Positions 40,174-48,653 of a stretch of DNA of 64,000 nt are shown one piece after another. Position 1 is the stretch's first letter. Every line of letters starts with the position of its first letter. This DNA comes from a bacterium (GTDB lineage: Bacteria > UBA8248 > JACPRG01 > G963555815), in NCBI GenBank assembly GCA_965261595.1, contig CBDHDG010000004.1:768001-832000 (forward strand), given 5' to 3'. Position numbers and translations under genes: made by a program. Below the pieces are notes generated by a model. The model ran no database searches. It was not told the DNA's origin and was given only the letters and a program-made list of their open reading frames with translations.

Positions 40174-42262
40174 GGTCGAATACCCTCACCCGAGTGTCCA
40201 ATAACCCAGGGGCGGTCCAGACGCGCTGGTATTCGTACAGCGGGATACCCGCCACCGGGTTCCGATACATTTCCCAATTCACAATATCCTTAACCCGGAT
40301 ATACGGAATTTCACCCCGCCCCTTTTCCTCGGACTTTGGTGAGCCATGCCCGTCCTAAGCCCCGATAATGCCGTCATCAATCAGGTCGCCTAATGTCACG
40401 CCGTCGCAGCCATCTGGCATGATGGGCGCGACGCGTAAACCTCGATAGAAACGGGAGACCAGAACATCTTGGTCAATCTCTTGCCAGGGCACTGAAAACA
40501 CATGGGCGTTGCCAGGGTTTTCAGGGTCGTCGATTTCGTCCATCACTTCCGCAAGATCGTCCCATAAATCGTCGGTGTCGGGCCGGTGAAGCGCGCGGCC
40601 TGTATGGTCATGCCCCATCTCTTCTGGCGTCGCCATGACAATGCTTCCCTGTTGCGCTTGGCCTTTGGCTAGAATCAGAAGGCAGGTTTTCGCATTGCAG
40701 TGCGGTCGGAAGGTGTTGTGCGGGAGATCGACTATTGCCCGAACATTATTCTCGGCCAGAAGGTGTTGCCGGACGTAACCAAGCGACGGCGCATGGAAGA
40801 CCGACTCTGGCAGGACGATGGCCAGCGTCCCGTCGTCCTTCACCATGTCGAGACACCGTTCGATGAACAGGATGTAGGGGTCGCGTTGGATTACATTCTT
40901 GGTGGGTTCCCACTGGTCGCCCATCTCGCGCCACTTATGGCCGAGCGTAAACATCGCCGCGTCTTCGGCCAGCACTTTCGTCTTCGTGCCGAACGGCGGG
41001 TTGGTAATTACAAGGTCGAACTGGCGGAACTGCCCCTCCTCGACCATGTGGGCCTTGGCCTCGGTGTCGAACTTGTCGGCTTCATGCAGTGAGTTTTCGT
41101 GGACGATGTTGCTGCGGCCGTCGCCCGCTATCGCCATGTGGGCCTTGGCGATCTTGACAAGATCGGTTTCCTTGTCGATTCCGAAAAAGCATTTAGCCGC
41201 CAGAGATTTCTTGCGCTCTTTCAGATTCGGGCTGCCACGCCATTTCGGGTTGTCCTCCATCCGCGCCCAGACATGCTCCATCGTGTGAATGAGGAATCCG
41301 CCCGAACCGCAGGCCGGGTCGCAGACCGTATCCCATGGCTCCGGATTGGCAAGTTTCACCGCGACGCGAACGACGCCGCGCGGCGTAAAGAACTCGCCTT
41401 TCTCACCGATGAACTTGGATTCGGAAAAGACCTTGAAGGCGTCGCCAACAACATCGCTGTCGGTATCCTGCAGGCTGCCGCGCTCCAACTGCCCGACCAC
41501 CCACGCCAACGATCGCTCATCCAGAGTGATGGTGTCATGCGCGGAGAAAATACCATCGTTCTTGAGTTCGTCGCGCACGCCAGCGAACAGGGTTTTGATC
41601 CGCTTCGCCACCACCTTCGGCTTTTCACCGGCACCCACTCGAAACTCGGACGGGCGCTCGGCTTAGGTCTGTTCGTCGTGCAACTTAGCGAAAATGACCT
41701 TTATCATCTCGCTGCCCAGCTTTTCCTTCCGGCTGATATTCGTATTCGCGTAAAGCGTGTGCAGGATGCGCCGGAAAGCCGATTGGAGCGCGCTTCGGTC
41801 GAACGGGCGAAGGTCGGCTCTTTCGATGCGCCCCACATCCTCGACGGACTGTCCGGCCGCCGGGATGTTGTTTAGGTAATCGCCGACGATCTTGTGGCCG
41901 TGGCGGGCCAGGTACGCGATATCGGTTCCGTTCGTCCAAACGCCCCATGCCGCCGACGTGGCGGTCATGTAGGATTTGATCTGCTCCAAGCCGTCTTTCC
42001 TCGTCGGTTTTTTGGTTTCGACGATGCCGAGAATGTGTTCTGCGGGATCACGCCCGCGGGCCGATTCGTAAACGACGATATCCGCCCGGTCCTTGTAGAA
42101 TCCGGTGCCGCGCGGGATCTTTACTTCGATATCGAGACGCTGTTTCGGGTAGCCGTAACTCTCGACCAGGATACGTTCATATTCTTGGCGCACACGCTCT
42201 TCGGGACTTTCGATATCGACCGGCTTGCCGGTCGCAAAATCGACGATTTTACTGGGCATGCC

Positions 42263-42340
42263 TCACGCCACCAAGGCTTCGTAGGTTAGCCGTTTCCCGA
42301 ACATGCCGGGGGCGATTCTCCCCAGGTACTCCATCGTGTC
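42263..42340 (-). pseudogene. IS1595-family transposase C-terminal remnant
   Basis: DTMEYLGRIAPGMFGKRLTYEALVA* just inside the IR. Confidence 0.75.
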
Positions 42341-42603
42341 TCCTTCATGTTATAGTGGCCCAAGAACTCGGTCAAGTCCAATATTAACCCAAATATATAA
42401 GTCCCATTTTATTTGCTTTGATTCGGTGATTGTCGAAACCAAAGCACTTGGCAAGCTCAGCAGGGTTGAAGAAGCTCAACTCATCAATTACCTGAAGGCC
42501 ACAGGACACAAAGTGGGTCTCCTGTTGAACTTCGGCACGGAGAAACTCGAACATCGAAGGTTTGTTTATTAATCTGTGTATTCTGTGAAATCTGTGGATT
42601 CCA

Positions 42604-44100
42604 ATGGACCTTGAAACATACCGCCGCCGGATGGAGGGATTCTCCGAGGCCCTCTCCCGCGAATCCTACGAAGGCCGGGCCGGGCTGAAGGAGCGGGTCT
42701 CGTACGCGGCCGTTTACGAGGCGTACGCCGACCTCTTCACCCGCGAAGCGGTGGACGCGCTGAGCTCAGCCGTCCAGTCGGCGGAAGACCGCGAGTCCGG
42801 CCATCGCTTGAAGCTGCTTTTGGGATCCGTCACCCTCGCCTACATCTCCAACCGCACGCGGAAGCTCCGGGAAGACGCGGAGAACTTCGAGGCCGCGGCG
42901 GAGGTGAAGCTCCCCGGCGGCGAGAAGCTCCCCTACCGCGCCTCCGCCGTCCGGATGCTCAACGAGCCCGACCGGGAGACGCGCCGGCGGCTCGAAGACG
43001 CCCGGGGCGCCGTCGTCCTCAAAAAGAACGAATTTCTCGAACCGATCCACCGCGACGTTCACGCCCTGGCCGGGGAGCTCGGCTACGGCTCCTACCTGGA
43101 CATGCTCGGGACGATCAAGTCCTACCCCCTCGAACCCGTCCGGGACGCCATGCGGGCCTTTCTCGAAGCGACCGAAACCCTTTATGCGCGCGAGATGGGA
43201 GCGGCCCTGGAGGGGATCGGGACGAAGCTGGACGAGGCCGCCCGCCACGACGCCGCCTATCTCTTCCGGGGCGGAGGGTTCGACGCCCTCTTTCCGCCGG
43301 ACGGGATCGCGGGCGCCGTGGCCGCTTCCGTGAAGCGGATGGGTCTCGACCTGTCGGCGGACGGGCGCATCATCCTCGACCTGGAGGCGCGGCCGACCAA
43401 AAGCCCCCGGGCGTTTTGCGCGACCCTGCGCGTGCCGGACGAGGTGATGATCGTCGTCCTGCCGCGCGGCGGGATGGACGATTACCACGCCTTCCTCCAC
43501 GAGCTCGGCCACGCCCTCCACTTCGCCTGGGTCCGGCCGGACGCGCCCTACGAATACCGCCTCCTCGGCGACAACTCCGTCACCGAGGGGTTCGCCATGC
43601 TGTTCGATCACCTACTCCTCAACGGCCGCTGGCTCCGCGAGGCCCTGGGGATCGTAGACACGCAAAAGCTCATCCGCCACCAACACCTGTACGAGCTCTA
43701 CATGCTCCGCCGGTACGCGGCCAAAATCGACTACGAGCTGACCCTCCACGAATCCGCCGGGCTTTCGGGCAAGGGTGAGGTATATGCCGAGAAGCTGGGC
43801 CGGGCCAACCGGATCCGGTACGCCCCCTCCCATTACCTGGAGGACGTGGACGCCCACTTTTACTGCGCCAACTACCTCCGGGCCTGGATGCTCCAGGCGG
43901 CCCTCACCGAGGCGTTGACCGAGCGGTTCGGCGAAACCTGGTTCCACGACCCGAGGGCGGGCGCGCTGCTGAAGGAAATCTGGGCGGACGGACAGAAAGA
44001 CAACGCCGAGGGGATACTGGCCCGGCTGATCGGAGAGGGCGGGCGGCCCCTCTCGCCAGATCCCCTCCGGGCCGCAATCGAACGGCATTTGGACGGATAG
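42604..44100 (+). CDS. M3-like (gluzincin) metallopeptidase
   Basis: K.PRAFC, HELGHALH, downstream TEGFA motifs. Confidence 0.8.
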   Translation: MDLETYRRRMEGFSEALSRESYEGRAGLKERVSYAAVYEAYADLFTREAVDALSSAVQSAEDRESGHRLKLLLGSVTLAYISNRTRKLREDAENFEAAAEVKLPGGEKLPYRASAVRMLNEPDRETRRRLEDARGAVVLKKNEFLEPIHRDVHALAGELGYGSYLDMLGTIKSYPLEPVRDAMRAFLEATETLYAREMGAALEGIGTKLDEAARHDAAYLFRGGGFDALFPPDGIAGAVAASVKRMGLDLSADGRIILDLEARPTKSPRAFCATLRVPDEVMIVVLPRGGMDDYHAFLHELGHALHFAWVRPDAPYEYRLLGDNSVTEGFAMLFDHLLLNGRWLREALGIVDTQKLIRHQHLYELYMLRRYAAKIDYELTLHESAGLSGKGEVYAEKLGRANRIRYAPSHYLEDVDAHFYCANYLRAWMLQAALTEALTERFGETWFHDPRAGALLKEIWADGQKDNAEGILARLIGEGGRPLSPDPLRAAIERHLDG

Positions 44101-44223
44101 TTACAGAGAGCGATTTACTCGCATTTCTCACCAACTTTTGGATGAGAAGGTTTGACGCACGGATTGGAATCGGCGGCTTTTTGTCTTTGATGTGGACTGA
44201 GGGGTGCGACGGCGCTCTTTTCG

Positions 44224-44303
44224 GGCCGGGCAAGATGCCCGGCCTACCAGCATGACGCAAAATTCCTTCCGCAACTTTCGGCGGGGCGGGCATCTTGCCC
44301 GCC
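44224..44303. repeat. Inverted pair of GTAG-type REP-like palindromes
   Basis: GGCCGGGCAAGATGCCCGGCCTACC and GGCGGGCATCTTGCCCGCC between convergent genes. Confidence 0.65.
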
Positions 44304-44378
44304 TTCAAGCCTGCGCACTCCCCGGAGGAGAAAGACAGAGGGGTTCCCTTCGAGAGGATGGGACCTTCGCGTAGACCT

Positions 44379-45476
44379 CTACCCCCAGACCTCTTTCGCC
44401 GTCTCGGCGACGAGACGCAGCTTGGCTTCCTGTTCGGCGGGGGTGATGAGGTTGCCCTCTATCGTCGAGGCGAACCCGCACTGCGGGCTCAGCGCCAGCC
44501 GCTCCAGGGGGATGAACCGCTCGGCTTCGCGTATCCTGTCTTTCAGCTTCTCCCGGCTTTCCAACGCGCCCGTCTTCGTACTCACCAGGCCCAGGACGAC
44601 CGTTCGGTCATCGGGGACCCACTTGAGCGGCTCGAAACCGCCGGAGCGCTCGTCGTCATATTCAAGAAGAAACCGGCCGAACCGGGTCTTCTGGAAAATC
44701 TTGGCCGCGATGGGTTCATAGCCGCCGCCGGCGTAGAACTTGCTCTGGTTGTTCCCCCGGCAAAGATGCATGGCGAAGGTCACCCCCGAAAACCCCTCGA
44801 TGACGGCGTTGTCCCGCTCGATGCAGGCGTCGAGGAGGCGATCCGGGTCGTTCCCGCGCCGGCGGTACATCTCGCGAACCTCGGGGTCCAGCAGGCCGGC
44901 GTACTGGGGGGCGTCCACCTGGATGATCTGGCACCCCAGCCGCACGAGCTCCTCCACCTCGCCCCGGAGGATGTCCACGACGTCGGCCATGTAGGCGTCC
45001 AGCGACGGGTAGGCCGCTTGCGACTTGTCCGGCTCGTAATAGGACGCGGCCTGTTGGGCGTTGATGAGCGTGGCCTTGACGCAAACGCCGCCCTCGCCGG
45101 TTCCGGCGCGCAGGTAAGCGAACTCTTCGGCGCACATGTGCCGCCGCCGTTTCAGGCGGCTCACGACGACGGGACGGCCGAAGGAGTGCGTCTCCCCTTC
45201 TTCGTTCCGGTAGGTCAGGGCCTTCCCGCCCCACTTGTCGAATCCCTCAACGGCGTCCACGAGATGGCCGAAGAAGGCGTACCGGCGCATCTCGCCGTCG
45301 GTGATCACGTCCAGGCCGGCGTCCGTCTGAAGGGCCACGGCCTCATCGACCGCCCGGTCCTCGATCTCCTTGAATTCCGCATGGGTGATCTCCCCGGCTT
45401 CGCGCCGGTCTCTGGCCGCTTTCAGGTCATCCGGACGAAGCAGGCTGCCGACGACGGTGGCTCGGATCTCGTCCAT
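44379..45476 (-). CDS. Cobalamin-independent methionine synthase II family (MetE core domain), paralog 1
   Basis: VGSLLRP, TDGEMRR, HLCRGN, LEYD, SPQCGFAS motifs. Confidence 0.9.
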   Translation of the reverse strand: MDEIRATVVGSLLRPDDLKAARDRREAGEITHAEFKEIEDRAVDEAVALQTDAGLDVITDGEMRRYAFFGHLVDAVEGFDKWGGKALTYRNEEGETHSFGRPVVVSRLKRRRHMCAEEFAYLRAGTGEGGVCVKATLINAQQAASYYEPDKSQAAYPSLDAYMADVVDILRGEVEELVRLGCQIIQVDAPQYAGLLDPEVREMYRRRGNDPDRLLDACIERDNAVIEGFSGVTFAMHLCRGNNQSKFYAGGGYEPIAAKIFQKTRFGRFLLEYDDERSGGFEPLKWVPDDRTVVLGLVSTKTGALESREKLKDRIREAERFIPLERLALSPQCGFASTIEGNLITPAEQEAKLRLVAETAKEVWG

Positions 45477-45525
45477 CCGGGTCCTCCTCACGTTTTGACG
45501 GAGCGATGCGCTCCCCTGCCGAGGT

Positions 45526-46614
45526 CTAGCCCCAAACCTCTTTCGCCGTCTCGGCGACGAGACGCAGCTTGGCTTCCTGCTCAGCGGGGGTGATGAGGTT
45601 GCCCTCCATCGTCGAGGCGAACCCGCATTGCGGGCTCAGCGCCAGCCGCTCCAGGGGTACGACCTGTTGGGCCTCCCCGATGCGCGTCTTGAGCGTCTCG
45701 CGATCCTCCAACTCGGGCTTTTTCGTGCTCAGGAGGCCGAGGACGACCGTCCGGTCGTCGGGGACCTGTCCCAGCGGCTCGAATCCCCCGGAGCGCTCGT
45801 CGTCATACTCCAACAGGAACCGCTGGAAGCGGGTCTTCTGGAAGACCTTCGCGGCGATGGGGTCGTAGCCGCCGCTGGCGTAGAACTTGCTCTGGTTGTT
45901 CCCCCGGCAGATGTGGAGGCCGAACACCGCTTCCGAATGGCCTCCGATGACCGCGTTGTCCATCTCGATGCAGGTGTCGATGAGTCGGTCCGGGTCGTTC
46001 CCCCGTTTTCGGTACCCTTCCCGGATCTCCGGATCAAGCAGCGCGGCGTATTGGGGTCCGTCGATCTGAATGTACCGGCAGCCGAGCCGGATCAACTCCT
46101 CCACCTCGCCCCGGAGGATGTCCACGATGTCGGCGAGATAGGCGTCCACCGTGGGATACGCCCCCTTGGATTTTTCGGCGTCATAGTAAGCCGCCGACTG
46201 CTGGGCGCTGATGAACGTGGCCTTGACGGGCACGCCGGTTTTCGCCCGGAGATACGCGATCTCCTCGGCGCACAGGTGGCGCTTTCTCTTGAGCTTCGAG
46301 ACGACGACCGGACGGGGGTAGGTGATCTCCCCGCCCTTTTCGTCCCGGAACGGGATGGCCCAGCCGCCCAACCGGTCGAACCCCTCGACAGCATCGACCA
46401 GATGGCCGAAGAAGGCGTATCGCCGCATCTCGCCGTCGGTGACCACGTCCAACCCGATGTCGGCTTGAAGGGCGACGGCCTCGTCCACGGCCCGGTCCTC
46501 GATCCCCTTGAACTCGGCGTCGGTGATCTCCCCGGCCTCGAACCTCTCCCGGGCCTCTTTCAGATAATCCGGCCGCAACAGGCTCCCAACAACATCGCTT
46601 CGGAACTCGACCAT
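45526..46614 (-). CDS. Cobalamin-independent methionine synthase II family (MetE core domain), paralog 2
   Basis: VGSLLRP, TDGEMRR, HICRGN, LEYD, SPQCGFAS motifs. Confidence 0.9.
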   Translation of the reverse strand: MVEFRSDVVGSLLRPDYLKEARERFEAGEITDAEFKGIEDRAVDEAVALQADIGLDVVTDGEMRRYAFFGHLVDAVEGFDRLGGWAIPFRDEKGGEITYPRPVVVSKLKRKRHLCAEEIAYLRAKTGVPVKATFISAQQSAAYYDAEKSKGAYPTVDAYLADIVDILRGEVEELIRLGCRYIQIDGPQYAALLDPEIREGYRKRGNDPDRLIDTCIEMDNAVIGGHSEAVFGLHICRGNNQSKFYASGGYDPIAAKVFQKTRFQRFLLEYDDERSGGFEPLGQVPDDRTVVLGLLSTKKPELEDRETLKTRIGEAQQVVPLERLALSPQCGFASTMEGNLITPAEQEAKLRLVAETAKEVWG

Positions 46615-46823
46615 TCCGGACCCTTCTTTCGGAATTTGCGCCATCGCGTCAGGGCACTCCCCGAAAACAGAGGGGCGCTTTCAGCAAACCGCTCTTACGA
46701 TAACCGTTTTCAAGGGAAAATTGGAGATCCACCGGCCGACGCGCCGGGGGAACACGGGCGACCCACGAGCGAGCCCCGCGAATCGGAGACCCATGGACTT
46801 TCAGACCGCCGTCCGGCTTCGGA

Positions 46824-47525
46824 TCAATTGGGAAAGAGGGCGAGGTTGAACGGACCGGGCATCTCGTAGATCTCGATGGGTTTCCAATAGGGCTTGATGT
46901 GGTCCGTCGAATCGAAAACGTCCCGCAGACCCGCCTCCAGCTCATCCTCCCCCGCCGGCGGCGCGGAAGAATGCACGTCCGCGATGGCGGCCGCGACCTT
47001 CTCGTCCCGGATCTCCCGCAGCCGCTCCAGAACAAAGGGCTCCAGGCCGTCATCCGAACCGCCGAGGTCCGAGCGCTCCGCGGTCCAATGGGAAATCCCG
47101 CTTCTTTTGTGGCCGAAAAGATACCTGCCGGTCCCCGCCGGATGGAAGAAGTGGTAGGTCTCCAAAACAAAATGATTGACCTGATCCTGGGACTCCGGGC
47201 ACCAGGTGACGCAATTGATGTAAGGCAGGACGGCCAGGACAGCGGGCGCCTCCGAGCCGTCATCGTCTTCATCCAGGCTCGTGCGCTTCGCTTTCTGGCC
47301 GGGGGCGAGGGGTTTGGGCGGGTCGAAGTAATTCACGATGATGGCCCGGACAAGCTCGGGGTCTTCGTCCCGGTACCGGTACACCAGTCCCCGTTTGCCC
47401 TCGCGCGCGGCCCAAGGCTGGTCCTGAACCCCCCACTTATCGAACAAGTGCCACTGGTTGTCTTCGATGGGATAGTCCCGGAGGTAGAGCTTCAGGACGC
47501 CCATGGCCTTTTGATCCAGGCCCAC
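46824..47525 (-). CDS. Hypothetical protein
   Basis: 233-aa ORF with protein-like composition and AGGAG RBS, co-directional with neighbours. Confidence 0.6.
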   Translation of the reverse strand: MGLDQKAMGVLKLYLRDYPIEDNQWHLFDKWGVQDQPWAAREGKRGLVYRYRDEDPELVRAIIVNYFDPPKPLAPGQKAKRTSLDEDDDGSEAPAVLAVLPYINCVTWCPESQDQVNHFVLETYHFFHPAGTGRYLFGHKRSGISHWTAERSDLGGSDDGLEPFVLERLREIRDEKVAAAIADVHSSAPPAGEDELEAGLRDVFDSTDHIKPYWKPIEIYEMPGPFNLALFPN

Positions 47526-47660
47526 CTTGACTCCTCTCCTTCAGCTTGCGCCGGGCCGCCCGTTCCGGCCCCGGCTTGATGAACCGGCATTCGCTCCGGC
47601 GAAAATCCCGCGTGAGTATATCAACTGGTCCCGCGAAAAACGACAGACGGAACGCTTCCG

Positions 47661-48653
47661 TCAACCCGCCGCCTCGAATGCCGCCTCCAACACCCGCCGG
47701 ACGATGACGCGGACCATCTTGCCGCGGTATCCGGCCAGCTTCTCGATGTCGCTGAACGGCCGGGATTCCTTGGATGCCTCTTTGGCCGCCGACGCGAAGA
47801 GCGCTTCGGACGGCGCCTTTCCGACGAGGAGCGCGGAGGCCTTGACCGCGTCCACCGGCTTCATGGAAACGCCGTTCACGCAGACGCGCGCGGCCGCGCA
47901 GGTTTTGCCGCCGGCGTCGAGCGTTACAACCGCGGCCGCGCAGGCGAAGGCGAAATCGATGGCCCCCCGCGTGGCGATCCGCTGGTAACAACTCCCCGTC
48001 CCCGGACCCGGCGGCGGGACCTGAATCTCCGTCACGATCTCATTGGGCGCGAGTCCGATGGGGGTCTCGCCGATCCCGGTGTAAAACGCCTCCAGGGGGA
48101 TCACCCGCTCGCCGTCCGGGCCGACGATTCGGACCTTCGCCCCCAGCGCGATGAGGGCCGGGGCCGTATCCGAGGCGGAAATCGCGTAGCACACGTCGCC
48201 GCCCACGACGACATGGCAAATGTCGCCGTCGTGCTTGAGACAGCGGTGGTGGGATTCCTTCCAGTGGGCGGTCTGGTCGTAGTACCAGCACTTGTTGTCG
48301 AGGCAGATGTTCCCGCCCAGGGTGGCCGTCTGGCGAATCAGGGGCGAGGCGACGTGGGAAGCCGCCTGGGCCAGGACGGGAAAACGTTCCTGAATGACGG
48401 GCGATCGCTCGATGTCCGCGAGCCGCGCGCCGGCCCCCACGACCATCCCGCCGTCATCGGTCATCCGGACCTCCTCGAGAGCCTTGATCCGGTTCAGGAG
48501 AACGACGTGCCCGGGCGCCTTCACTTCCTGCTGCAACTGGATGAGGACGTCCGTCCCTCCCGCCATGAGCATGGCCTTCTCGCCGTGGCGGGCCAGGATC
48601 TCCATCGCCTCGCCCACTTCGGTGGGCCGGTGCAGCTCGAAGGGCTCCATCAC
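47661..48653 (-). CDS. XDH-family FAD subunit with 4Fe-4S insert (HcrB-like)
   Basis: AGGTDV, ATLGGNICLDNKCWYY..C..C..C..SDTAPAL. Confidence 0.88.
   Translation of the reverse strand: MMEPFELHRPTEVGEAMEILARHGEKAMLMAGGTDVLIQLQQEVKAPGHVVLLNRIKALEEVRMTDDGGMVVGAGARLADIERSPVIQERFPVLAQAASHVASPLIRQTATLGGNICLDNKCWYYDQTAHWKESHHRCLKHDGDICHVVVGGDVCYAISASDTAPALIALGAKVRIVGPDGERVIPLEAFYTGIGETPIGLAPNEIVTEIQVPPPGPGTGSCYQRIATRGAIDFAFACAAAVVTLDAGGKTCAAARVCVNGVSMKPVDAVKASALLVGKAPSEALFASAAKEASKESRPFSDIEKLAGYRGKMVRVIVRRVLEAAFEAAG

Larger units (their letters stand above)
38816..40219 (+). mobile_element. IS3-family insertion sequence, copy 2 (1404 bp)
   Basis: Near-identical to copy 1 in inverted orientation; flanks AACG/GACG. 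Confidence 0.9.
38392..42259 (-). pseudogene. Single-chain restriction-modification enzyme (HsdR_N-like nuclease + N6-MTase + TRD), disrupted
   Basis: PEERVRQ..RADIVVY..IVETK; GEFFTPR, DPACGSGGF, TNPPFG; C-terminal TRD; in-frame TAA 41663-41665, TAG 40355-40357 and an IS insertion. Confidence 0.88.
38085..42405 (-). mobile_element. Non-autonomous IS1595-family element with passenger R-M gene
   Basis: Perfect 23-bp IR GGGACTTATATATTTGGGTTAAT; 8-bp DR ATTTTATT at 38077-38084 and 42406-42413; transposase remnant GKRLTY. Confidence 0.88.
36452..42572 (+). pseudogene. GxxExxY family protein in three pieces (36452-36537, 37946-38084, 42414-42572)
   Basis: Removing insertions and one DR copy each gives 127 aa: YAIIG..VHREMGPGFLEAVCQEAL..YRADFICFDSVIVETKA..AQLINYLKATG..GLLLNFG. 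Confidence 0.92.
36325..42602 (+). mobile_element. GxxExxY cassette bounded by 9-bp-unit inverted repeats (about 540 bp before nested insertions)
   Basis: GGAATCCACAGATTTCACAGA is a perfect 21-bp inverted repeat at 36325 and ending 42602; mobility itself is inferred. Confidence 0.65.

Noticed and set aside
36538..40219. Composite transposon formed by the two IS3 copies
   Set aside because: Each copy has its own target duplication and interrupts a different gene.
44379..46614. Assigning the symbol metE
   Set aside because: Half-length proteins lacking the N-terminal folate-binding domain; methionine synthase function is not established.
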